48,184 bases of DNA. Origin: a virus (lineage: Duplodnaviria > Caudoviricetes). Positions within the stretch are counted from its first letter, which is position 1, and each line of letters opens with the position of its first letter. The notes below the pieces were generated by a model. That model was given only the letters and a program-made list of their open reading frames with translations. It ran no database searches and was not told the origin of the DNA. The translations under genes were made by a program, and so were the position numbers. Below, piece by piece: positions 1 through 9,017 of this stretch. The DNA is taken from positions 1 through 48,184 of IMG/VR virus record IMGVR_UViG_3300046055_000010; one strand, given 5' to 3'.

Positions 1-79
1 GCTACTTTCGCGCAAAACCGTCCGTCATACGGACCGATCGTTCTGGTTTCCTCCGTCGCCGCTGGTTCTAATACAGTCC

Positions 80-96
80 GGTCCGTATGACGCGCC
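80..96. promoter_or_regulatory. 17-bp operator GGTCCGT-ATG-ACG(G/C)(A/G)CC (representative copy)
   Basis: Copies at 20-35, 80-96, 7101-7117, 8979-8995, 13992-14008, 14065-14081, 15982-15998, 16085-16101, 17852-17867, 18519-18535, 20267-20283, 24819-24835, 38292-38308, 40011-40027. Confidence 0.85.
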
Positions 97-609
97 ATGG
101 AACGCTCGGAGTTACAGGACCCATACGAACAGGCAGACCCGAACAGATTCGACGTTTCCCTGTTCGCTCGTGGGGAATTGTACGACCTACTTCTCATTAC
201 CGACATGTCTAATTGGTCGATGAACATTATCGTGGAAGATTCGCGCGAACTCGCTCAGGAAACCGGCGCGACGCAAGCACAGATTATCCGCTACTACAAG
301 AATATCGCCGCGCGGGGCGTCGATCCTATTGACGGCAGCGACCCGCTACGCTCGTTGATATTGGATGCGGGTTTGGCGGCGCGCGACCCCGTACCCGACC
401 GAGAACGACAGATTGCGCTCTACAGCCAATTGGCGTCCGCCGACCAGCAGCTATCTGAGAAGGAAAAGATGAAGCTACTGAACGCGTTCCGGCCGCTGTT
501 CGCGGTGGCCGTGCGATGGGTCTCAAAAGTGGTGCGAGCCGTCAAAAGGCGTTTGCAGCGTAAGTTTGAACGACTGGTTAGAATCGCCCGTTCGGTCCGT
601 GACGAATGA
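97..609 (+). CDS. Hypothetical protein (170 aa)
   Basis: ATG directly preceded by a 17-bp operator (80-96) and TCTAATA about 27 nt upstream. Confidence 0.6.
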   Translation: MERSELQDPYEQADPNRFDVSLFARGELYDLLLITDMSNWSMNIIVEDSRELAQETGATQAQIIRYYKNIAARGVDPIDGSDPLRSLILDAGLAARDPVPDRERQIALYSQLASADQQLSEKEKMKLLNAFRPLFAVAVRWVSKVVRAVKRRLQRKFERLVRIARSVRDE

Positions 610-1816
610 CCTGATTGCCCGGAGATAGCCCGGACGTTTGCCGGCCCATATCAACGACCTCGATACCGGACGGTTCGTATCCTCCGGTATTCAGAACGGG
701 AACGTTGATTTCAGCGCCGGGATGGATGGTTAGCTTCCCGCCGCCGATACCAGCCGACACGAGCGGGCAATCCGCGTCGATCTTGACGTTCCCACCCAGT
801 TCAATCGTGGCGTCGTCGGTAAGATTGAAAACCGTGTCCGCTTGACCGTCGCGGATAGACGACTGGTTAATCATGACTGTCCCGCCGTAGGTATCGACAG
901 CGTAGCTTCTATTGTTGCCCCAGCGGCCGTTAGGCACGATTATAGAGTCCTCCACGGCGAACCCGCCGCCGTAGGATTGGACCGTTCCTCGCACCTTCAT
1001 GCCCGCGATTTTGGAGCTAAGCGGAACGCCGATGTACTCCATGTTCCACTGGTTCGCTTCGAGAACGTGATTTTCTGGATTATCGCGGTCGCCGAGAATG
1101 GTAGCTTGGCACGTTTTGATACCGCCGACGCGGTGGGGGTCCGTATTGATGGAATTGCCCGGCTCACCCCCATGCGTACCCGGTAGAACCTGAATGATGT
1201 ACTCGTGGCGCACCTGTTCGGGCATGAAGTTCAGCGCGTCCATGAGCGTCCCGAACGGGTCAGACTTCGACCCGTCGCCCGTTCTGAAATCGCCGAATCC
1301 GACATAATGCGTCGTATGATCGACTGTCGTTCCGCGACGATTGACGTTACCGTATCGCGGCCGTTCGTTCTCGACAGGGCCGCTAACGTCCCGCCACGAG
1401 GCAGGAAGCGAAGAATCCCGCTCCCCGCTCGGCGGTTCAGGTTTGCCGTCGTCTTCCCCCCCGCTATCGCTCTGATCTTTCGAGGGTTCGGACCCGCCAG
1501 CGAAGGTATCTGTTTCGCTAAATTCGTCCGTTTCAGTCCACCCAAGGTCGTTTACCTGAATTTCATGCCGGGACGGGTCGCGGAACGCAAGCCGGATGTA
1601 GCTGTTCGTATATTCCCATGCGTCGATACCGCCCCAAACCATGTCTTCGACCACCCAGTTACCCTTGTTGTTCTGGTAGATGCGAGCGTTCGGGCTCGGC
1701 GTCGCGTTATGAACGTCTGCGAACTCGGGTTTGTCGCTACCCTCGAAGACGAATTTGTACTCGGCGGATTGGTCCGTTTCGCTGCCTACGTCGCGCGTCG
1801 CTATCGTGTGCGGCAT
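578..1816 (-). CDS. Putative virion/surface protein with C-terminal beta-helix (pectin-lyase-like) region
   Basis: Acidic ORF; YVGFGDFRTGDGSKSDPFGTLMDAL...IQVLPGTH resembles the start of beta-helix domains; downstream of MuF. Confidence 0.55.
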   Translation of the reverse strand: MPHTIATRDVGSETDQSAEYKFVFEGSDKPEFADVHNATPSPNARIYQNNKGNWVVEDMVWGGIDAWEYTNSYIRLAFRDPSRHEIQVNDLGWTETDEFSETDTFAGGSEPSKDQSDSGGEDDGKPEPPSGERDSSLPASWRDVSGPVENERPRYGNVNRRGTTVDHTTHYVGFGDFRTGDGSKSDPFGTLMDALNFMPEQVRHEYIIQVLPGTHGGEPGNSINTDPHRVGGIKTCQATILGDRDNPENHVLEANQWNMEYIGVPLSSKIAGMKVRGTVQSYGGGFAVEDSIIVPNGRWGNNRSYAVDTYGGTVMINQSSIRDGQADTVFNLTDDATIELGGNVKIDADCPLVSAGIGGGKLTIHPGAEINVPVLNTGGYEPSGIEVVDMGRQTSGLSPGNQVIRHGPNGRF

Positions 1817-1903
1817 GACCTCGTTTACTCACCGGGTCGGAACTACCTTTCGGCCATGTAATCCCCGGTCTTCATAGAGCTTCGCTCTATATCGATCGGT
1901 GCG

Positions 1904-3013
1904 TTAGGCTACCGCCGCATTGCTCATGTTATGGCTATGAGTTTGGTGGTTTAGAGCTATACGACGGTTTCGGGCGCTTGCAGCAGCGCTGGTATTTCCT
2001 TTAACCGGGACCCACGCGCACCTGCAATTTGGGTGCTGAGGAATGACATTATGTGCGTCTTTGATGCGAAAAGTAGTACCCTCAAGCGCCGCGCAAATCG
2101 GGCATACGCGGCTGTCGCGGGCGGTGGAGAACTCAGCGTATAGCTGAACGCTTCCGTCGCCGCCTAAGATTTGCTCGAAACGATTCAGCGTAGCTTCGTT
2201 GTATGTCCGGATTATCTCAGTTCTGGCGAGCGTCCGCCCGCGAGTAACCCCTATCTTGTCTACCCTGTCGTTGATCGTTCTCGCTATCGTTCGCGGATTC
2301 TCACCAGCCGCGAAGCCTTCCGCGAGAACGCGAGAAACCTGCTTGTCAACTTCATCGGTGATACCTTTCAACCCGTTATATTGACGCTGGTAGATTAGAG
2401 CGAGCGCGTCACGATGAACCGGCATGTTGAACGTGTTCATTATATCAATATCCTCGCCGACGAACCCCTGAGATTTCAGCGCATCTTCGGCGAAGTCCAA
2501 TCCGCGAAAATAGCTGTATCTGACGTATTCATTCGACCAGCCGACGCCCGCTGACGGACCCGCCCCACCGCCGCCCAAGAGGATAGCGTTTTGCGCGCCG
2601 CGAAACCATTGCGTGAACGCTTGCACTTTCTTCCTGTCTTCGGGGAAGTCCCATGACGGCGACGCTGGCGGCGTGATACTCGGCACGTTTGATGGGTCGG
2701 GCATGCCCGGTATCTGAGCGTTCGGGGCGTAGAACAGCGGAGCGTCCCCGCGCGCGCCCGCCCACGCGTGGGGCGAATCCGTCGCCGACCCCAGCGCTAT
2801 CGCGCGATTCGCTACGGCGTCGGCGACCGTAGCGTTTTGGATGCCAAACCGATTCTCGGCTAAAACATACTGCCGGACAGCCCCCTTGAGCGCCTTGTAG
2901 CGTTTGTAGATTTGCGCTCCAAACCGCTTGCGTAGCTTGGTCGTTCTCGTCGGGTCGTCGCGGGGTAGCGCCTTCGCTACTTGAGGAACGTCGTCGCTAT
3001 CAGCGGCGCTCAT
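1904..3013 (-). CDS. Head morphogenesis protein (SPP1 gp7 / Mu F-like)
   Basis: LARTEIIRTYN, STARDSRVCPIC and IPQHPNCRC motifs; follows the portal. Confidence 0.9.
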   Translation of the reverse strand: MSAADSDDVPQVAKALPRDDPTRTTKLRKRFGAQIYKRYKALKGAVRQYVLAENRFGIQNATVADAVANRAIALGSATDSPHAWAGARGDAPLFYAPNAQIPGMPDPSNVPSITPPASPSWDFPEDRKKVQAFTQWFRGAQNAILLGGGGAGPSAGVGWSNEYVRYSYFRGLDFAEDALKSQGFVGEDIDIMNTFNMPVHRDALALIYQRQYNGLKGITDEVDKQVSRVLAEGFAAGENPRTIARTINDRVDKIGVTRGRTLARTEIIRTYNEATLNRFEQILGGDGSVQLYAEFSTARDSRVCPICAALEGTTFRIKDAHNVIPQHPNCRCAWVPVKGNTSAAASARNRRIALNHQTHSHNMSNAAVA

Positions 3014-4874
3014 GGGGTTGCTCGTATGCGCTGCTTGCGTCGCCGATAACGCTGAATTGCCCGGTTACGTTCTCGTCATCTTCGTCTAACTCAGGTAGGC
3101 CGTCGGCCCCTGTCTCGCCGCTGTCACCCGGACGGTCGCCGGGTTCGGCGTCGTCTTCGGGAGCGCCGTCGTCGGGCGCTCCGGACCCGTCGCCGCCGTC
3201 CTCCACATCCACCTCAGTACCGATTTCAGGCTTCATGCCGAAGAACTCTTGACGTATCTCCCCGGCCGTGAACAGTTCCGCCGTCATGAGGGTCTTCGCG
3301 GCCGATTGCGCCGCACCGGTTAGCTTGCTCGATACCTCAGCGCGTTCGACCTCGTTCAGTTCAAAGAGGTTCGGCCATGTTGCGGTATAGCTGGCTGGGT
3401 CTTCGATCGAATCACTACCCGCGGGAAGCCGAACCACGCCGAAGCGAATCATGTCGCCGATGAACTCCCGAAGAATCTGGGGTTCGGCATACTGCTGCTG
3501 TCTCTCGGCGACGCGGCCGTAGAACGTCGCCTTGTCTTGCGTACTCGCCAAATCGCCCCGTTCCGAACCGGTTAACATTCGCTTCGGGATACCTGTCTGA
3601 CCGGAGATTAGCTTTAGAATCGAGTCGATCGGGCCGGACGGGTCCACGTCTTCCCCACCCAGCCGCTCCACGTCCATGTTCTCCGTTTTGAGATAGGGTT
3701 GCAGGCCATGCAGATAGTCCATGACCTCGTTTATCAGTTCGTCCGGGTTCGCAACCTCCCCTTCGGCGTTCAGGTGTAGACCGTAATCCGCGCCGCGGTA
3801 GAACATTTCAGCCGCCGCGCCGACGACTTTCCAAAGGTCGTTGAACCGGTTCCAAACCGGTTGCAGGCGCGGCGTGCCTTTGATATTTGAATCCAGCTTG
3901 TCTTCGGCGACATGCAGGACCCTATCGGCGTTAACGAACTCGCGGCCGTTTACCCTGCTGCCGCTTGGGCTGCTGTCTACGTCGTCGCTACCGCGCTGTG
4001 GATTATCGGACGCGCCGACCGACGACAGGGGAACGACCTCGTTCTCGCCGTCGTCATTTGGGGTAAAGTCGATTTCATAGCCGACGGGTTGCGCGTAATC
4101 CTCCCGGTCGGGGTCGTCGCCGACAAAAATGCGTTCCACCCGGTCCTGAGCGAGCGCCGTAAAGTGAGCGACGCCTTCGACCCCGCTTTCGCTATCGCTA
4201 CCGAGCGCGCCCGTTTCGACAGGATCAACCAGTTCGCCGTCGTCATGCAAACCGTAGACCAAAACGCCGTATTCTCCAATACCGGATAGGCGGTCTACAT
4301 CCTTCAAATGGCGGAGGGCTTGGGTTTCATCGAATAGCTCTTGAATGTCCTGTTCAAACGGCGTTAGTTCGTCTTCTTCATCGCCTTCGTCGTCGGTAAT
4401 CTCAGGTCGTTCCCGCCATGTCGTATTCGGGTAAGCATCTACGACGCGGCGGGCAATATCCTCCCGTTCGTATGCCTGCTTGTACGCATCTACGTCGGGG
4501 TTTCGGTCGTAGCCGAGCGCGTCGTATATGTCGCGGTCGCCACCGTACTGCTCGCTGTAGCGCCCCATCATGTCTGCGTCGAAGCGCCCGCCGCCCATTA
4601 TATCGCCCCAGTCCACGGAGTTAGACGCGCCCCGCTGGTTCTGAATTTGCGCGCCCATGGATAGATTCGGCCCACTCGTCGTCGCTGGCTGGTCCGTGGT
4701 GTTCGTCCGTGCGTTCGCCACGGGACTGTTTTGCGGGACCCCTCCATCCGCCGCGACGCGGCCCGCAACCCGAGTGAGCGTTTCCGCCATGTCGCCTACA
4801 TCGGCGTCGATTACATCTTGCAGACTGTCGTATTGAACCGCCGTCGCCTGTTCGTATGGATTCGGGTCGCTCAT
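3000..4874 (-). CDS. Portal protein (DUF1073-like)
   Basis: 624 aa; IARRVVDAYP, GTPRLQPVWN, TGIPKRMLTGSERG motifs; between TerL and MuF. Confidence 0.85.
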   Translation of the reverse strand: MSDPNPYEQATAVQYDSLQDVIDADVGDMAETLTRVAGRVAADGGVPQNSPVANARTNTTDQPATTSGPNLSMGAQIQNQRGASNSVDWGDIMGGGRFDADMMGRYSEQYGGDRDIYDALGYDRNPDVDAYKQAYEREDIARRVVDAYPNTTWRERPEITDDEGDEEDELTPFEQDIQELFDETQALRHLKDVDRLSGIGEYGVLVYGLHDDGELVDPVETGALGSDSESGVEGVAHFTALAQDRVERIFVGDDPDREDYAQPVGYEIDFTPNDDGENEVVPLSSVGASDNPQRGSDDVDSSPSGSRVNGREFVNADRVLHVAEDKLDSNIKGTPRLQPVWNRFNDLWKVVGAAAEMFYRGADYGLHLNAEGEVANPDELINEVMDYLHGLQPYLKTENMDVERLGGEDVDPSGPIDSILKLISGQTGIPKRMLTGSERGDLASTQDKATFYGRVAERQQQYAEPQILREFIGDMIRFGVVRLPAGSDSIEDPASYTATWPNLFELNEVERAEVSSKLTGAAQSAAKTLMTAELFTAGEIRQEFFGMKPEIGTEVDVEDGGDGSGAPDDGAPEDDAEPGDRPGDSGETGADGLPELDEDDENVTGQFSVIGDASSAYEQPHERR

Positions 4875-5431
4875 TCATCCAGTCCCCGACGACGAAGGCG
4901 GTCTTTCAGGTCTTCAACCCGTTCCTTGGTCGTTTTCTCGCCGTTGATCGTGAAACTCGGCTCCCCGAGTTGACCGATGTTGTTTTCGAGTGTGATAGTG
5001 GCGTTTTTGATTTGTAATTCTTCGGCGTCGTCGGACGCACCGCCGTTCTCGCCTACTTCAAGGAACGGAACCGGGCCGCCGCCGGTCATGCCCTTCGGTC
5101 CGTGGCCGTCGTTCTCGCGGTCGTTACCGGCGTCGGCAGCGGCATGACCTTCCACGCATGATTTGCAGTACGATTCAGGTGAGCTGTCGCGCTGGTAATC
5201 AGCCGGAGCGAGAAGCGCTGGCGTCGGCATACCGCAACCCTCGCACGGGACGCGTTCGATACTGATAGCCGCCGCTTCCGCGTTCAGTTCGTCCGCCAGT
5301 TCCTCGATTGCTCCGTTGATCGACTCGACGGCTTCGCTCGAAGTGTGACCCAGTTTATCCAACATGCCGCGAAGAACGCCGCGTAGCTTGTCCGCGGGGT
5401 CAACTCTTGAATCGCTGTTGTCGTCGGCCAT
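4871..5431 (-). CDS. Hypothetical protein with CxxC...CxxC motif
   Basis: Acidic; CEGCG and CKSC; ATGA overlap with the portal start. Confidence 0.7.
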   Translation of the reverse strand: MADDNSDSRVDPADKLRGVLRGMLDKLGHTSSEAVESINGAIEELADELNAEAAAISIERVPCEGCGMPTPALLAPADYQRDSSPESYCKSCVEGHAAADAGNDRENDGHGPKGMTGGGPVPFLEVGENGGASDDAEELQIKNATITLENNIGQLGEPSFTINGEKTTKERVEDLKDRLRRRGLDE

Positions 5432-5530
5432 ACGAGTGTAATGCGGCCCGACGGTATGGTTTTTGCGGAGATTTGCGCGAAGCGCACGGCTGGGAAGCGA
5501 ATCGAACCGGAAAAACAGGTCGTCGCCGCG

Positions 5531-6016
5531 TTAGTCGCGCCGTTCGGCGATCATGGCGTCCACGTCAACCTTCGACGCTTCCCGAAGGTCAAGACGGGTA
5601 TCGGAGAACTCAGGCCGCCCGTTCCACGAGTGCCACCCGCCGTCGGCGTTCTCGTACAGGCTGTATTTGCTGTCACGAATCCACTCCAAAACGTCCACGT
5701 CGATGTTCTCGACGTTGTGGCCGTTGTAGAAGTGTTTCCCGCCGGGGTCGCCGATATACATGATCGGAACCCCGTCGCCGTCATCCTCGGGAACGTCGCC
5801 GCGAACAACGTCGGCGCTTTCGGCAGCATCGGCGAGTTCGATGACCTGCCAGCCGCCCACGTTCTTATGACCGATAATCCGCTTCTTGCCGCGCTCCTCC
5901 ACGAACCGGGGAACGGCAGCGCGAAGAACAAGCGGCCCGTTGCGGTGGTAGCGCTCGGTTTGGATGGTTCGGGTCTGTGCGTCGTCGGCTTCGGCTTGGG
6001 TAGGCGTTCGTGCCAT
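5531..6016 (-). CDS. MARTPT-leader cassette gene 1, hypothetical
   Basis: Start reassigned to ATG at 6016, matching the other copies; acidic protein. Confidence 0.8.
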   Translation of the reverse strand: MARTPTQAEADDAQTRTIQTERYHRNGPLVLRAAVPRFVEERGKKRIIGHKNVGGWQVIELADAAESADVVRGDVPEDDGDGVPIMYIGDPGGKHFYNGHNVENIDVDVLEWIRDSKYSLYENADGGWHSWNGRPEFSDTRLDLREASKVDVDAMIAERRD

Positions 6017-6040
6017 ATCTAAAGCCATGAGCGCTTGCAC

Positions 6041-6065
6041 CATAAGTGTAACGGTATCGTTACAC
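6041..6065 (-). promoter_or_regulatory. Cassette promoter: palindrome GTGTAACGGTATCGTTACAC (6046-6065) abutting TATA-like CTTATG
   Basis: 8-bp perfect inverted arms; CTTATG about 27 nt before ATG; layout repeated four times. Confidence 0.8.
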
Positions 6066-6107
6066 TGTTCGTTAGTAGCCGTCGATAGGCTCTATCACCG
6101 GGTTAGG

Positions 6108-6383
6108 TTAGGCTTCTTCTAACAGCATTTGAACTATTAGAGGTAGTGGCGTTTCGGTCAAATCCGATAGGGCTTCGGCATGGTACTGAAATAGAGCACC
6201 ATGCAGTATCATTACTTGTTCCTCGGTTAACCCGCTCTTGGTCGCCATGTTTACTTCCGCGTCAATTCCTGAATCGTCCGCGAGAGAACCGGTGAGAACC
6301 GCGTGCGCATCGTTCTCAGATATGAGTTTTTCAATCCCATCGTCTATGTGGTCGTCGTACTCCGTTCGCTGCTTTCCGCTCAT
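6108..6383 (-). CDS. Hypothetical protein (MSGKQRTEY...)
   Basis: Acidic C-terminal part of ORF 6108-6554; ATGA overlap with the upstream gene. Confidence 0.65.
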   Translation of the reverse strand: MSGKQRTEYDDHIDDGIEKLISENDAHAVLTGSLADDSGIDAEVNMATKSGLTEEQVMILHGALFQYHAEALSDLTETPLPLIVQMLLEEA

Positions 6384-6580
6384 GCCGTCCCCTCGTAATC
6401 CGGCGCTTCGCCTTCCGGATAGCGCTGGATGCGTGGATTCTCCACGACCGGCGTAGTGAACTTCTCGGCATGAGTTAGTTCGTGTTCGTTTCGTTCGCGC
6501 GTGGCTTCGGCTGGCGAATCGAACCAGTCGCTCGATTCGCTGCAAGCGCCGCAATACCAGCGATAAACGTAGCCGTTCAT
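6380..6580 (-). CDS. Small zinc-finger-like protein
   Basis: CGAC...HELTH; ATGA coupling on both sides. Confidence 0.7.
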   Translation of the reverse strand: MNGYVYRWYCGACSESSDWFDSPAEATRERNEHELTHAEKFTTPVVENPRIQRYPEGEAPDYEGTA

Positions 6581-6789
6581 TGTTCTCGCTCCAATCGGTA
6601 GGCGGCGTCTTCGATTCGCTCAGCTTGGCGTTCTAATCGGTCGGCGGCCTCGCTCACCTGTTCCTCCCTTTCTATCTTTAGGAGATACGTGAACAGACCG
6701 TCCCATTGCATACTCAGTTCCGTCTTGAGTTGGTTCATTTCCTCGAAAACTTCGGGGTCGGTCGGGATGCGCTTGAGGTCGTCGCTCAT
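6577..6789 (-). CDS. Small protein, possibly ribbon-helix-helix DNA-binding
   Basis: MSDDLKRIPTDPEVFEEMNQLK...WDGLFTYLL pattern; ATGA overlaps. Confidence 0.55.
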   Translation of the reverse strand: MSDDLKRIPTDPEVFEEMNQLKTELSMQWDGLFTYLLKIEREEQVSEAADRLERQAERIEDAAYRLEREQ

Positions 6790-7100
6790 TGCTTTGCTCC
6801 CGTCGCGGCGTCGCCGGAGGATTCGACCGCCAGCCGCTTCGGTAGACCGAAACGGGCGAAAAACCCAATCAGCGCAAGGGGAATACCGATCGGGGCGAGA
6901 ACGATGGTGCAGGATATAGCGACGCCAAACGCCGCTATCCCGTCCGCCGTGGAGCGCGTCATGGGATTCGCCCCGCAATCGGGACATTCATCGGCGTCCT
7001 TAGCGAGCACGCCGCCACATTCCGAACACTCCCATCCGGTCGCGTCGGTCTGTTCGTCTGCTTCGTCCGCGTCGTCGGCTTCGGTAGGCGTTCGTGCCAT
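6786..7100 (-). CDS. MARTPT-leader cassette gene 2: zinc ribbon plus transmembrane segment
   Basis: CSECGG...CPDCG then hydrophobic IAAFGVAISCTIVLAPIGIPLALIGFF. Confidence 0.8.
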   Translation of the reverse strand: MARTPTEADDADEADEQTDATGWECSECGGVLAKDADECPDCGANPMTRSTADGIAAFGVAISCTIVLAPIGIPLALIGFFARFGLPKRLAVESSGDAATGAKQ

Positions 7101-7206
7101 GGTCCGTCATACAGACCGCCGACTGATAAACCTTTGTAACACTATCGTTACGGTATGGAGCGGGCGCAAGCAGCTACTCAGCTACCCAGAAAAGAGGAAA
7201 GCCCGC

Positions 7207-7332
7207 CTACCACTCGCCGCTGCAATCGGGATTTGGACAGGCGTATCCTGTGAGTTCGCCGGGCGACGAGCCGATAGCTAACTCGGTTCGCGTCCCGCAC
7301 CGTCGGCAGTATGGCGACCCGTTTGTTGCCAT
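7207..7332 (-). CDS. 41-aa zinc-finger microprotein (not in ORF track)
   Basis: MATNGSPYCRRCGTRTELAIGSSPGELTGYACPNPDCSGEW; TTTATC about 27 nt upstream. Confidence 0.6.
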   Translation of the reverse strand: MATNGSPYCRRCGTRTELAIGSSPGELTGYACPNPDCSGEW

Positions 7333-7404
7333 ACCTGCAAGACGTGCCTGTAGTGTGATAAATGTGTCGGGATTTTGCGTCTTACCGACGTTCGACAGTC
7401 CTGT

Positions 7405-8688
7405 TCAGAACGTCCCGCTACGGTTGTTTCCTGCTGCCGAGCGACCAGCTGAACGCCCCCACGTTCCCGAGTTCTCTACGTTCTCGGCTGGCTTAGCAGC
7501 CAGCGCCAGTGAGTCTACCGCGTCGTCGTGCGTCCCGCTCGGCGGGCCGTATCTGACGTTTCCTGCTTTCGTCGTGTCATACTGATACGCTTCAAGTTCG
7601 CGTAGGATAATATCGAGTTCTTCCCCTGAGTCCGGTAGCTGTATGTCGCCGAGTTCAAGCCGCGCGCTCAGGTTCTCGATTAGGTTGTTCTTCGTCTTCC
7701 CGCCGCCGAATTTGACGTATTCCACGGTCGCGGAGCGAACAGCAGAATCGATGTTCTCGATTATCTGGTTATCCCGCGACGCATCCATACGAATGAAGGA
7801 CGGACCGTAGTTGGTGCCGACGCGCTTTACCCGGTTTTCGATTAACTGCCATGATACCCGACGAATCCGATCGAAGTGCGCCAGCTTCCCGGTCGAATCC
7901 AGAACGGAGATAGCGCTAAAGTTTTTCTGTCGGCCTAAATCGACTCCCGTGTAGTAGGGGCTGGTTCCCTGATAACTCGATAGATCGTAGGTAACGCAAT
8001 TCCGGTCCCAAACGCCGGGGAAGACCGCGCCTTCGGCTTCCGCGAATTTAGCGAGGTATTCGCGTTCAAAGACGCGCTCCGGCAGTTCGTCGCGCGCGGC
8101 GTCTATCTCATAATCAGGGACGTGCGGGTTCTGGTACGAGGTTCGCTGAAACGTCTCGATATTCGGATTCGCCCCGTCTTTGCCTCGCTCGGCGAGGTCT
8201 TGAAAGTAGTTGCGGCCCGTAGGAGTACCGATTAACAGAACGTCGCCGCCGGTATCCGTAATCGACGGCCGAATGTCCGCGCGGTAGGTTTCTCCCGAAA
8301 CGTCGCCCGCTTCATCTACCGTTATGAAATCGACTCCACGCCCCTGTAGCGATTCGGGGCGGTCGGCCGACCGGAAGGATATGCGCGACCCGTTCGGCAG
8401 TTCGATATGGCGAGGTTTCTGTCGTCGGAAATCCGCAACCATGTCGATCGACTCCAAGATTCGTTTGATCGGGAGGTATCCCAGTTCGTTCGCGTCGTCG
8501 TAGCTGGGAGAAATCCACCAAACCAGCGCTCCCGGCTGTTCAAGAGCGAAGTCGGCCGTCTCATACTGAGCCATTTCAGTTTTGCCGAAGCGCCGACCGC
8601 ACGGACAGACGCGAAAGCGAGCGGCAGATTGAATGATCGGTAGCTGTCCGGCGTGGGGAGTCCACTTCCGCCGAACCTGTTTAGGCAT
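7405..8688 (-). CDS. terL: Terminase large subunit
   Basis: Walker A GRRFGKT, Walker B ITVDEA, GTPTGRN, nuclease GVDLG and HDDAVDS. Confidence 0.95.
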   Translation of the reverse strand: MPKQVRRKWTPHAGQLPIIQSAARFRVCPCGRRFGKTEMAQYETADFALEQPGALVWWISPSYDDANELGYLPIKRILESIDMVADFRRQKPRHIELPNGSRISFRSADRPESLQGRGVDFITVDEAGDVSGETYRADIRPSITDTGGDVLLIGTPTGRNYFQDLAERGKDGANPNIETFQRTSYQNPHVPDYEIDAARDELPERVFEREYLAKFAEAEGAVFPGVWDRNCVTYDLSSYQGTSPYYTGVDLGRQKNFSAISVLDSTGKLAHFDRIRRVSWQLIENRVKRVGTNYGPSFIRMDASRDNQIIENIDSAVRSATVEYVKFGGGKTKNNLIENLSARLELGDIQLPDSGEELDIILRELEAYQYDTTKAGNVRYGPPSGTHDDAVDSLALAAKPAENVENSGTWGRSAGRSAAGNNRSGTF

Positions 8689-8760
8689 GGTTGCTGGTCA
8701 TAGACGTTCCCCAGAAAAGAGCGTATCGACGCGTGACGGCGTTCCGCGTTCGATCGGTGC

Positions 8761-8976
8761 TTACCCTTCGCCTACGCCCGGCCCTTCGTAGTGCGTCGTT
8801 CCTATGTCCGGCTTACTGTCTTTCACGGCTACGGTCGTCGCGTCTATCTCCACGTTTTCGCATCCCCGAACGAGTTCAGCGAGTTCGTAAACTATGGTTT
8901 CATGCCGTCGCTTCGCGTCGCTCTTTCCGGAACTGAACTCAAGCGATACCGTAGCTTCGGTCTTGTAGCGCGTCAT
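8761..8976 (-). CDS. Hypothetical protein (MTRYKTEA...)
   Basis: ATG at 8976 preceded by operator 8979-8995 and a T-rich TATA-like tract. Confidence 0.6.
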   Translation of the reverse strand: MTRYKTEATVSLEFSSGKSDAKRRHETIVYELAELVRGCENVEIDATTVAVKDSKPDIGTTHYEGPGVGEG

Positions 8977-9017
8977 GCGGTCCGTATGACGGACCGACCA
9001 AAAGTAAAAGTACCGGG

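Noticed and set aside
5990-6016. MARTPT resembles the histone H3 N-terminus (MARTKQT)
   Set aside because: Only four residues match, the following sequence is acidic rather than basic, and the host is archaeal; most likely coincidence.
6015-6023. ATATCTAAA similar to one arm of Thermococcales dif
   Set aside because: Present in only two of the cassette heads and lacking a partner arm.
6017-6043. Upstream starts in the ORF track for the cassette genes (6043, 9551, 39066, 40584)
   Set aside because: These ATGs are part of the conserved CTTATG box; cassette 2 starts directly at MARTPT, so the downstream ATG is preferred.
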